Of a stretch of 64,000 nt of DNA, positions 19,656 through 28,723 are shown piece after piece. Source of the DNA: Endomicrobiales bacterium. Lineage in GTDB: Bacteria > Elusimicrobiota > Endomicrobiia > Endomicrobiales > JALOBY01. Every line of letters begins with the position of its first letter. Within the stretch, counting starts at the first letter, position 1. The position numbers were made by a program, and so were the translations under genes. The notes below the pieces were generated by a model that ran no database searches, was not told where the DNA came from, and saw only the letters and a program-made list of their open reading frames with translations. The stretch is from the NCBI GenBank assembly GCA_963796955.1, contig CAWCNJ010000008.1, positions 448,001 to 512,000 of the forward strand, read 5' to 3'.

Positions 19656-22261
19656 CCCCTTTGATGCAGCAATACCGTGAGATAAAGGCGCGCTATAAAG
19701 ACGCGATCCTGTTTTTCCGGCTTGGCGATTTTTATGAAATGTTCGCCGATGACGCCCGCGAGGCCTCAGCCCTTCTGGAATTAACGCTTACCAAACGGCA
19801 GGAATACCCGATGTGCGGCGTGCCCTATCACGCGGCGCCGGCCTACATTAAGCGGCTGGTAAAAGCAGGGCGCAAAGTGGCTATCTGCGAACAGCTTGAA
19901 AACCCTTCTGCTATAAAAGGCCTGGTAAAACGAGATGTCGTACGTTTGATCACCTCCGGCACCATCATCGAAGATTCTCTCCTGGAAGCGGGCCGCAATA
20001 ATTTTCTCGCCGCCTGCTGTTTCTCGGACGATCAAAGCACCGCGGCGGTCGCTTATATAGATATATCGACCGGCGAATTTTGCGCTACCGAAACGACCCG
20101 CGATAAAGCCGCTCTGGAACTCGCGCGCCTGTCACCTCAGGAAATAATAGCACCTGCCTCGCTGGCGAACTCGACATTAATAAAAAACATGGTCGCGGGC
20201 ACCAAAGCCGCAGTGACCACCCTTGACGACTACTGTTTTTTACCGGCTGAAGCAGAGACTCGTTTAAAAGAAACCCTGCACGTCCAGTCAATGAAGCCTC
20301 TCGGGCTTGAAGGCCGGAGTTTTGCTGCGCGCGCGTGCGGGGCCATCATCACCTATCTTGAGCGTACTCAGCTCGCCCAGATGCCGCCGTTATCGACGAT
20401 CCGTTATTATTCCCTGGACGATTACATGCTGCTGGACCCTATAGCCATACGGAACCTTGAGTTGCTGGAAGGGGCCTCCGGCGATACTAAGGGCCGTTCC
20501 CTGCTTAACTCCATCGATGAAACGGTCACACCTATGGGCGCCCGCCTGCTGCGGCAGTATCTTTTGCGCCCGCTCATTTCCACCGCGAAAATAAAGGCCC
20601 GCCAAAATGCGGTTGCATACTTCATTGCCGAGGGCATGGCCCGGCGCGACGTCAGAGAGCTGCTTACAGAGGTCACCGACATTGAACGCATCGTTAACCG
20701 GGTGGCGAACGGCACCGCAAACCCCAGAGAGGTCCAGGCTTTACGGCATGCGCTTGAAGCGGTACCGCGCCTGAAGGATGCCTGCAGAGGGTCAGACGTG
20801 GATCCGTCCCTCTCGCATATAACCGCGCGATTGCTCGCCCCGGACGGGCTGTCGTCGACCATCTTCAGTGCCATCGCAGACGAACCGCCGCTCACGCTGA
20901 AAGAAGGCGGCGTAATAAAAACAGGTTATAATGCCGAACTGGATGAGATACGTTCTGTCAGCACAGATTCAAAGCAGCATATTTCGGCGATGGAAACACG
21001 GGAGCGCGTGCGCACGGGAATAAACTCTTTAAAAATAGGTTACACCTCCGTATTCGGTTATTACCTGGAGGTGACCAAAACGAACCTCGGTCAGGTGCCC
21101 CAGGATTATATACGAAAACAAACCGTTGCCGGCGGTGAGCGTTTTATCACGCAGGAACTGAAAGACTTCGAGAACAAAGTTCTTTCAGCTGAAGAAAAGA
21201 TCAGAAAACTGGAAGAACACCTTTTCCGTCAGGTTCGCGCCAGGGTAACCGAACATGCCGCCGAATTGCTGTCGCTGGCCGCGGCCGTGGCGGAGATCGA
21301 CATACTCGCCTGCTTCGCCGAGACCGCCGCCATGCGCAACTATTGCAAACCGGAAATTGACGATAGCTTTGATCTGGTGGTAAAGGACGGCCGGCACCCC
21401 GTCGTAGAAGCCTCGATCGCCACCGGTACCTTTGTTCCCAACGACTGCGAACTTTCGGGGACCGGTGCACATATCATGCTGCTGACGGGTCCTAACATGG
21501 CCGGAAAGTCTACGTATCTGCGTCAGGTCGCCCTGATCAGTTTGCTCGCGCAGACGGGCAGCTTTGTGCCGGCCGGCAGCGCGCGCTGCGGCATCATCGA
21601 CAAAATATTCACGCGCATCGGCGCTGCCGACAACCTGGCGGGCGGCGAATCCACTTTTATGGTAGAGATGCACGAGACGGCGAACATTCTCAATCAGTTC
21701 ACTGAAAGATCTCTTATAATCTTAGACGAAGTGGGCCGCGGCACCTCTACCTACGACGGTATTTCTATCGCGCGGGCGACATTGGAACACCTGCTGGCCG
21801 TCACACCGGGAAAGGCGCGGCCCAAGGTTCTTTTTGCCACCCATTACTTTGAGCTCACCAGCATGCCGCAGCAGTATAGCGGCATGATCAACCGGAATGT
21901 CTCGGTCAAGGAATATCAGGGCTCGGTGGTTTTCATGCACAAGATCCTGCCGGGGGCCGCGGACCGCAGCTACGGCATACACGTTGCCGCCCTGGCCGGC
22001 ATACCGAAAGCGGTGGTAACCCGTGCGCAGATAATTCTGCGCGAACTGGAACGGGCGGCCTCTCTGGTGCAAAATGAGGATATTCACGCCCCGCAGCTGG
22101 CGCTGGATCTGGACGCGGTGACTAAAGCGAGTGAAACAGCTTCATCTTTAGAAAATATTTTGGTACAATTGTCCAAGCTAAACGCGGACAAAATGACACC
22201 GCTGGAAGCACTGAAACAACTGGCTGAGTGGAAAGAACAACTGTCCCGGGCGAATGACTGA
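19601..22261 (+). CDS. mutS: DNA mismatch repair protein MutS
   Basis: GDFYEMF, TGPNMAGKST, STFMVEM and DEVGRGT. Confidence 0.98.
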   Translation: MAEANSKGQKGTAEKGGLTPLMQQYREIKARYKDAILFFRLGDFYEMFADDAREASALLELTLTKRQEYPMCGVPYHAAPAYIKRLVKAGRKVAICEQLENPSAIKGLVKRDVVRLITSGTIIEDSLLEAGRNNFLAACCFSDDQSTAAVAYIDISTGEFCATETTRDKAALELARLSPQEIIAPASLANSTLIKNMVAGTKAAVTTLDDYCFLPAEAETRLKETLHVQSMKPLGLEGRSFAARACGAIITYLERTQLAQMPPLSTIRYYSLDDYMLLDPIAIRNLELLEGASGDTKGRSLLNSIDETVTPMGARLLRQYLLRPLISTAKIKARQNAVAYFIAEGMARRDVRELLTEVTDIERIVNRVANGTANPREVQALRHALEAVPRLKDACRGSDVDPSLSHITARLLAPDGLSSTIFSAIADEPPLTLKEGGVIKTGYNAELDEIRSVSTDSKQHISAMETRERVRTGINSLKIGYTSVFGYYLEVTKTNLGQVPQDYIRKQTVAGGERFITQELKDFENKVLSAEEKIRKLEEHLFRQVRARVTEHAAELLSLAAAVAEIDILACFAETAAMRNYCKPEIDDSFDLVVKDGRHPVVEASIATGTFVPNDCELSGTGAHIMLLTGPNMAGKSTYLRQVALISLLAQTGSFVPAGSARCGIIDKIFTRIGAADNLAGGESTFMVEMHETANILNQFTERSLIILDEVGRGTSTYDGISIARATLEHLLAVTPGKARPKVLFATHYFELTSMPQQYSGMINRNVSVKEYQGSVVFMHKILPGAADRSYGIHVAALAGIPKAVVTRAQIILRELERAASLVQNEDIHAPQLALDLDAVTKASETASSLENILVQLSKLNADKMTPLEALKQLAEWKEQLSRAND

Positions 22262-22285
22262 CAACTTAAACTGAGGTGACCGCTG

Positions 22286-22726
22286 ATGAACAACAGACGC
22301 AAGGAAGACCGATTCCCGGTGTTGCATGAAATTGACGAACCCATCGAGCTCGCATTGAACAAGGAAGTGGTGCCGGGCGTGCTGGTAGACCTCTCTGCGA
22401 CCGGCATGTGCATACTTACTTTCGCGACTATCGCCATCGGTACCGAGATCAGCATGACGGTGAACCTGCCCGGTTTCAAAAGCAAGCCTATGGCGGGCAA
22501 GGTCGTCTGGTCCATTAACAAAGGCGAGATGGTCCGTACCGGCATCGCGTTCAATTCCATTGACCCCATAGATTTCCGCCATATCAACCGCATGGGCTTT
22601 GATTTCACGGATTGCGACACAAAAATAGAACTCGGCGCGAAAGACGTATGCTTTGAGAAATGTTCCTACTACGCCTTGTGCGCGAAAGACGAGAAACTTT
22701 CCAAGAACGCTCATCCGCACGTATAA
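22286..22726 (+). CDS. PilZ-domain (c-di-GMP binding) protein with a Cys-rich tail
   Basis: RRKEDR (RxxxR) and DLSATG (D/NxSxxG); C-terminal C..CFEKCSYYALC. Confidence 0.8.
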   Translation: MNNRRKEDRFPVLHEIDEPIELALNKEVVPGVLVDLSATGMCILTFATIAIGTEISMTVNLPGFKSKPMAGKVVWSINKGEMVRTGIAFNSIDPIDFRHINRMGFDFTDCDTKIELGAKDVCFEKCSYYALCAKDEKLSKNAHPHV

Positions 22727-24460
22727 ATGCCCATCCGGATACTTGCCGAAAACACTATCAATAAGATAGCGGCGGGGGAAGTGGTTGAGAGACCCGCCAA
22801 TGCCGCGAAAGAGCTTGTTGAAAACTCCCTCGACTCGGGCGCGACATCTATTACGATCGATATTTCCGGCGCCGGCAGGAACCTGCTGCGTGTCAGCGAC
22901 AACGGCTGCGGTATGAGCCGCGAGGACCTCGCGCTGTCCGTGCAAAGGCATGCCACTTCAAAGATATCCGAGTTCGACGACCTTATATCTCTCGGCACCT
23001 TCGGCTTCAGGGGCGAGGCGCTCTCTTCCATAGCCGCTGTTTCAAAATTCACCATCCGCAGCCGCGGATCGAATGCGGACGAGGGGTGGCAGATAACAGT
23101 TAACGGCGGGACCTTAAAGGAAAGCCGGAGTTGCGCCATGGCGCAAGGCACGACAGTAGAAGTAAAAGACCTTTTTTACAACACCCCCGCACGGGCGAAA
23201 TTCCTGAGATCAGACACCACGGAAAAACACCGCCTGCTTCGCATTATCGAAGAACTCGCTATCGCCTGGCCAAATGTAGCCTTTACTGTGAACATAGAAA
23301 ACAAAACTATCCTGCGCGCCGCGCGGGCTGCGTCCCGGGAAGAACGCGTGCGCGATATTCTGGGCTCTCAATTCATTGAATACCTTATACCCGTCAAAGC
23401 CGACCATCCGCAGGCCTCTATCACCGGTTTTGTAACAGCCATAGAACACAGCCTCACAGCCAGGGACTCGCAATACTTGTTCGTCAATAACCGGCCTATC
23501 AACCTGGGGAAAGCCTTCACTCACGCCATCTATCAAGCCTATCACCAGCAGTTGCCGATAGGCCACCATCCCGGCGTAGTCCTTTTTATAGATCTTGACC
23601 CTGCACAGGTCGATGTGAACATCCATCCCACAAAACGTGAAGTGCGCTTTGCCAGCGAGAGGGAAATATATTCGCTGCTATCAGCGGCTATAACACAAAC
23701 TGTGACGAGAGCGCCCTCAATGCCCGCTGGTCAAAAACCATCAAAAGTAAATGTCCCGGGTATCGTCTCCAGCGTCAATAAAGAGCCGGTACCATACTCC
23801 CGTTCGAACAAGGATCATGCTGCTGAGACGTTTTTTTCCAGACCGGCAGTTCACGAAACTGCGCAAGAGTACCAAGACACAACCCTTAATGAAACCACGG
23901 TACTGGGCCAGGCCTTCAATCTGTATGTGATCGCCCAGAGAGGTGAAGAACTGCTTATAATAGACCAGCACGCGGCTCACGAACGGATCAATTATGAAGA
24001 GTTCCGCAGGGAATTCGACAAAAAAGCTATTAAAGTACAGCCACTGCTTCTTCCGTTGAATATTGAGCTATCAGCCAGCCAGGCGGCTCTGCTGCTTGAG
24101 AACCAATCGCTGCTGGTATCTCTCGGCTGCGCTATAGAGGCATTCGGAAAACATACCATACGGATCACCGCCCTTCCGGCCATAGTCGGAACGGAAACTC
24201 AGACTAATGACTTGATAAACCGCATCATAGAAGCCCTTTCCTCTGAAACGAACGTAGACCACGAAGACAAAATAGAAAAAGTAATACGCGCCGCCTGCCG
24301 CGCCAGCATTAAACAACGAGACCGCCTGACGAACGCAGAAATGGCCCGCCTGATACAAGACCTTTTTAAATGTGAAAAACCCTATACCTGCCCCCACGGC
24401 AGGCCGACCGTGCGCACGATAAGCAAGGCAGAGCTGCACCGCTATTTTGGCAGAACGTAA
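22727..24460 (+). CDS. mutL: DNA mismatch repair endonuclease MutL
   Basis: IAAGEVVERP, GFRGEAL, DQHAAHER and CPHGRP. Confidence 0.98.
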   Translation: MPIRILAENTINKIAAGEVVERPANAAKELVENSLDSGATSITIDISGAGRNLLRVSDNGCGMSREDLALSVQRHATSKISEFDDLISLGTFGFRGEALSSIAAVSKFTIRSRGSNADEGWQITVNGGTLKESRSCAMAQGTTVEVKDLFYNTPARAKFLRSDTTEKHRLLRIIEELAIAWPNVAFTVNIENKTILRAARAASREERVRDILGSQFIEYLIPVKADHPQASITGFVTAIEHSLTARDSQYLFVNNRPINLGKAFTHAIYQAYHQQLPIGHHPGVVLFIDLDPAQVDVNIHPTKREVRFASEREIYSLLSAAITQTVTRAPSMPAGQKPSKVNVPGIVSSVNKEPVPYSRSNKDHAAETFFSRPAVHETAQEYQDTTLNETTVLGQAFNLYVIAQRGEELLIIDQHAAHERINYEEFRREFDKKAIKVQPLLLPLNIELSASQAALLLENQSLLVSLGCAIEAFGKHTIRITALPAIVGTETQTNDLINRIIEALSSETNVDHEDKIEKVIRAACRASIKQRDRLTNAEMARLIQDLFKCEKPYTCPHGRPTVRTISKAELHRYFGRT

Positions 24461-24469
24461 GTTTTCCGC

Positions 24470-24498
24470 TTGACTATTGGAAATGAAATTTGTATAGT
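24470..24498 (+). promoter_or_regulatory. Sigma-70 promoter upstream of the small lipoprotein
   Basis: TTGACT-17 nt-TATAGT. Confidence 0.65.
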
Positions 24499-24616
24499 TT
24501 CGCTGTAAGAACGATTTGAATTGATGGTATCGCGAATTTAGCCCTTTTGAGTTGAGAAGGGCTTTGTTTATTGTAAAGAAAATCTGGAAAATCTAATAAA
24601 AAGGAGGTGTTATATT

Positions 24617-24796
24617 ATGAAGAAAGTTCTCTTTGCCGCATTCCTTGCGTCTATCGTTTTCGCAGGTTGCAAAAAAGCTGAAATGGCACCGGAAGCAACC
24701 GCTCCCGCAGCCGCCCCGGTTATGACCGATACAACAACCGTTACGACCCCGGCAACAACAGCCCCTGCAACCCCTGCAGCTCCCGCAACAAAATAA
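24617..24796 (+). CDS. 59-aa Ala/Pro/Thr-rich lipoprotein (absent from the ORF track)
   Basis: SD AAGGAGGT; MKKVLFAAFLASIVFAG-C lipobox followed by KKAEMAPEATAPAAAPVMTDTTTVTTPATTAPATPAAPATK. Confidence 0.85.
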   Translation: MKKVLFAAFLASIVFAGCKKAEMAPEATAPAAAPVMTDTTTVTTPATTAPATPAAPATK

Positions 24797-24816
24797 TGTT
24801 ATCATTCATTATTCAT

Positions 24817-24856
24817 GAAAAGAGCAGAGAAACATTTTCTGCTCTTTTCTTTTTTT
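24817..24856 (+). terminator. Intrinsic terminator after the lipoprotein gene
   Basis: GAAAAGAGCAGA...TCTGCTCTTTTC hairpin followed by a T run. Confidence 0.8.
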
Positions 24857-24870
24857 GGTAAAATGTACGC

Positions 24871-25829
24871 ATGAAAACAGAACCGGTTATAGTTATAGCA
24901 GGGCCCACCGCCTCGGGGAAAGCGCTGTCGCCGCTGCGGTAGCGTGCTTGACCGGCGGAGAATTGATCTCGGCTGATTCACGACAGGTTTATCGTTATCT
25001 TGACGTAGGCACCAACAAGGCGGGCAATAAGAATGCTTCTTCAGGGTTCTGGGAACTAAACAGCACTCCACAGCACCTTATAGACATTGTTGAACCCTCT
25101 GAAACATTCAATGCCGGTGATTTTGTAGAGCGTGCGAATGTATTGATAGAAGAAATACGGTCACGCGGCAAAAGACCGGTAATTGTCGGAGGCACCGGAC
25201 TGTACATAAAAGCGCTTATCGACGGCCTTGCCCCTATGCCGGACCCTGATGAAACCCTCAGAGTTCAGTTGAAACGGGAATACGTTGACCATGGCGCAGA
25301 TCATCTTTATGAACGCCTGAAAGCATTGGATGCGGACTCCGCCGAGAAAAACCGAGGCAATCCCCAACGGCTGATACGGGCCCTGGAGGTCTGCATTCTG
25401 AGCGGCAAGAAGATCACGGACCTGCAAAGAGAAACCGTACCATCCCATCACGCTTTCATGCAATTCGCGCTAAACTGGCCCAGAGAAGAATTGTACAATA
25501 ACATAAACGCGCGTGCCCGTGCCATGCTGGATGCCGGTCTTATTGAAGAAGCCCTTGCCGTATTGAACAAGGGATACGCGCCCGATTGTCCCGGCTTGGA
25601 CGCGACCATCGGTTACCGTGACGCCCTGGCATATACCGGGGGTGAGATCTCAAGGACACAGCTTGAAACTAAGATCGCGCTTGATACCCGCCACTACGCC
25701 AAACGCCAATTGACCTGGTTCAACCGGGATAAACGAATGCAATGGATAGACACTTCACAGGCAGCATTCGATCCGGATAAGATTGCGCATTCTATTATCA
25801 GCAGGTTGAAAAACCTTGACAAAAATTAG
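24871..25829 (+). CDS. miaA: tRNA dimethylallyltransferase, with an apparent 1-nt deletion frameshift at about 24919-24921
   Basis: MKTEPVIVIAGPTASGK in one frame; SAVAAAV...ISADSRQVY...VGGTGLY...YAKRQLTWF in another. Confidence 0.9.
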
Positions 25830-25844
25830 ATGTAAATGTAATAT
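25816..25844 (+). promoter_or_regulatory. Sigma-70 promoter of the leader-CzcCBA unit
   Basis: TTGACA-17 nt-TAATAT, 8 nt before ATG 25853. Confidence 0.55.
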
Positions 25845-25852
25845 TATCGCAA

Positions 25853-26491
25853 ATGGATCATAAAAATCGCTTCAGGCTGATGTTATCCATATTTATCATT
25901 TTTCTGATCAATACCGTCGCAGGTGCAGTTACTACGCCGGTCTTGCGTCAGACGGGCGGCACAACCTCCTTATACGAAGACTTCGATGGAGACAACCAGG
26001 CTGATGTTATTACCGCGACGTATTCAGCCGGCTCCTGTAAAATATCCTCTCACCTTTCACATAACAAAAAACAAACCATTTCGGTCTCAATAGCAGGGAT
26101 CCCGGCAAGCGACATAGGGATAATCTCACGGGATATAGACCGGGACCAAGACAAGGACCTGCTTGTCGTAAATAATAGATCACACAAGATATTGCACGTT
26201 CTCATTAATGACGGGAAAGGATTCTTCAGCTCTAACGATACGTTTTTTGTCGCGGCGCACAATTTCGCTCCTGAGATAACCCAAAAGAACCGGCAAAATT
26301 CTGAAGACAACCAATTATCAACAAATCAATTTTCTCTCAAGCTTCTTCCAGATACAGCGGCATTCATATTCTCGCTTGTAAGCGGCAGGATATTTTGCGC
26401 AAATACGTATTGCAATTTCAGCCGGCTTGCGTTTGTGTATGCAGGCGAGTCGTTTACCGTATTTTCACCCCGCAGTCCTCCCCTGTTGTAA
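25853..26491 (+). CDS. Secreted FG-GAP/VCBS-like repeat protein with C-terminal RSPP motif (candidate regulatory leader)
   Basis: Signal peptide; DFDGDNQADV and DIDRDQDKDL..NDGKG repeats; ends FSPRSPPLL. Confidence 0.65.
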   Translation: MDHKNRFRLMLSIFIIFLINTVAGAVTTPVLRQTGGTTSLYEDFDGDNQADVITATYSAGSCKISSHLSHNKKQTISVSIAGIPASDIGIISRDIDRDQDKDLLVVNNRSHKILHVLINDGKGFFSSNDTFFVAAHNFAPEITQKNRQNSEDNQLSTNQFSLKLLPDTAAFIFSLVSGRIFCANTYCNFSRLAFVYAGESFTVFSPRSPPLL

Positions 26492-26584
26492 ACTGATACT
26501 TCCCAAAAACGCCTTGTACCATTGTCTTCGCACTCGTGCGTAATTTGTACGCGCGAAAAAACACCACAACTATTGAGTATATCT

Positions 26585-27841
26585 ATGAATAAATCAAAGC
26601 TGCGAACAGTCTATGCTGCCATAGTTTTGTTGTCACCGTTAAACATCGTTTTGGCTGCTGATACACTGAATCTGTCGGAGGTCATCGATAGATCCGTCCG
26701 TTCGAACTACTCTTTGCAGGCCGCACAAAAACAACTGAGTATTTTAGAGGGAAAGGTTATCCAATCCGAGGCCATACCTAACCCATCAGTTGAAGGGTCC
26801 TTAAGCCAGGTCGCTATGAACGACCTTTCTACCGCCGGCAGCGCCAGAGAAGTGGGGATCACACAGACGATCGAGACCGGGGGAAAACGACAATTGAGAT
26901 CAACGATCAGTGAAGCAGACCTTTCGTCTGCTCGTGCGGAATTTGAAGCAGCAAAGCGTTCCATAATAACGCAGGTGAAAGAAAGCTATTGGAACTATTC
27001 TTTTGCACAGGAAAAAGTGGAATTTGCGCAGGAAAACCTCGAATTCCAGCAGAGATCTTTCGCCAGGATTCAAGACAGTTTCCAAACAGGCAGCGCAAAA
27101 CTCGCGGACGTGGCCAGAGAAAAACTTGAAGTCTCAAAAGCAAAGAACGACCTTCTGGTTGCCCAGGAATATCTTAAAACGGTCAAAGCCGACCTGAATG
27201 CATTAATGGGAAGAGACTTTACGGCACCCCTTTTTCCTGCACACAAGCTTGATAGTAGGATCTATGACTTCAACGAATCTGAACTGCAGCGCATCGCATA
27301 TGAGACACGGGCGGAAACGATATCTCTCGCAGCGCAGAAAGTGGGAGCAAAAGCTGAATTACAGCTCGCCCGGCGCACCCTTTTACTGCCGGATCTTGAC
27401 ACCGGTTTCTCCTATCAGGAAGGGGCCAGGGCTGATAATCAGCCTAGTCTGGGCGGTCATGTAGGCATAACGCTGCCGTTGTGGTATACGTTCAAGGGTG
27501 AGCGGCTCTCTGCACAGAGCCACATTGAAACGCTGGAGATACAGGAGAAGGATACCAGGCTTGCCATCTCGCTGCAGGTGCACAAAGCCCTTCTTGAACT
27601 CAATCTTTCATCAGATCAGATAAAGCTTTGGCGTGAGGCGGTGGATGAAGCAACGGAAGCCGCACGGGAAGCCGAGCAGGAGTATTTCGACGGCACGGCG
27701 GACCTGCTGATATTTACACGCGCACGGCAAGATCTGGTGAATGTAAAGCTGAATTACATAGGATCGCTTAAAGATTATTTGTCTAACCTTGCGGAGCTTG
27801 AGCAGTCCGTCGGTAAGGATCTTAACGGAGGGGTACAATGA
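26585..27841 (+). CDS. TolC-family outer membrane efflux protein (CzcC-like)
   Basis: Signal peptide, PNP...QTIETGGKR and LPLW, helical repeats; first gene of the RND triad. Confidence 0.88.
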   Translation: MNKSKLRTVYAAIVLLSPLNIVLAADTLNLSEVIDRSVRSNYSLQAAQKQLSILEGKVIQSEAIPNPSVEGSLSQVAMNDLSTAGSAREVGITQTIETGGKRQLRSTISEADLSSARAEFEAAKRSIITQVKESYWNYSFAQEKVEFAQENLEFQQRSFARIQDSFQTGSAKLADVAREKLEVSKAKNDLLVAQEYLKTVKADLNALMGRDFTAPLFPAHKLDSRIYDFNESELQRIAYETRAETISLAAQKVGAKAELQLARRTLLLPDLDTGFSYQEGARADNQPSLGGHVGITLPLWYTFKGERLSAQSHIETLEIQEKDTRLAISLQVHKALLELNLSSDQIKLWREAVDEATEAAREAEQEYFDGTADLLIFTRARQDLVNVKLNYIGSLKDYLSNLAELEQSVGKDLNGGVQ

Positions 27842-28716
27842 AGAAATTTTGCATTTCAGTTTTACTCTGGGGCATTATGGCTTTTAACATTGAAGCGGCC
27901 TATGGAACCGATGAAATTAAACTCACTCCTGAACAGCTTCATACACCGGTTCTAGAATTCAGCAAAGTTGGTGAAAAAGCGTTAAATGCCAGCATAGACA
28001 TCCTGGGTGTTATCGCCTACGACACCGACAAGGTTATCCAACTGCGCCCGGAAAGATCCGGAAAGCTGGAGAAATTCCTGGTATCTATAGGCGATAGCGT
28101 TGATGTCGGACAGACCATTGCCGGATACACTGTAGAGAACGATACCTCATCAATGAAGGAGTTGAAGTCAACGTATAAGGGGATGGTCATGGGTATATAC
28201 GCCGAGCCAGGTGACAGCCTTGACCCAAGCATCCCGGCAATGTCGATAGCCGATACCTCTTCTATGCGGTGCATACTTGATGTGTATGAAAAAGATATTA
28301 AGTATGTAAAAAAAGGCGAGGACGTGGAAGTCTCCGTCTCGGCCTTCCCGGGAAAGATATTCCGCGGCAAAGTCACCTACGTTTCTTCCCGCGTTGACGA
28401 AAACTCAAGGACTATAAAAGTGCGGGCCGATATCGCTAACCCGGGGGACGAGCTTAAGTACGGCATGTTCGTAAGCGCGACCGTGAAAGACAACAGCCAC
28501 CGGGCATTGATGATACCCGAAAATTCTCTTCAGCAGTTGACCGGTGATACGGTGGTTTTCATTTTAAAGAACGACAAAACGGCCGCCCCCAGGCGCGTAA
28601 CTACCGGCCAGCACCGCGGCGGATTTGTAGAAATACTTTCCGGCTTGAAAAAAGGGGAAACGATCATTTCAAAAGGCGGTTTTGTCTTGAAGTCGGAACT
28701 TGAGAACAACAACTGA
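27838..28716 (+). CDS. RND periplasmic adaptor (CzcB-like), short form
   Basis: Lipoyl halves, DVYEKDI, SRTIKVRA, LKYGMF and VEILSGLKKGE. Confidence 0.88.
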   Translation: MKKFCISVLLWGIMAFNIEAAYGTDEIKLTPEQLHTPVLEFSKVGEKALNASIDILGVIAYDTDKVIQLRPERSGKLEKFLVSIGDSVDVGQTIAGYTVENDTSSMKELKSTYKGMVMGIYAEPGDSLDPSIPAMSIADTSSMRCILDVYEKDIKYVKKGEDVEVSVSAFPGKIFRGKVTYVSSRVDENSRTIKVRADIANPGDELKYGMFVSATVKDNSHRALMIPENSLQQLTGDTVVFILKNDKTAAPRRVTTGQHRGGFVEILSGLKKGETIISKGGFVLKSELENNN

Positions 28717-28723
28717 GGCACCT

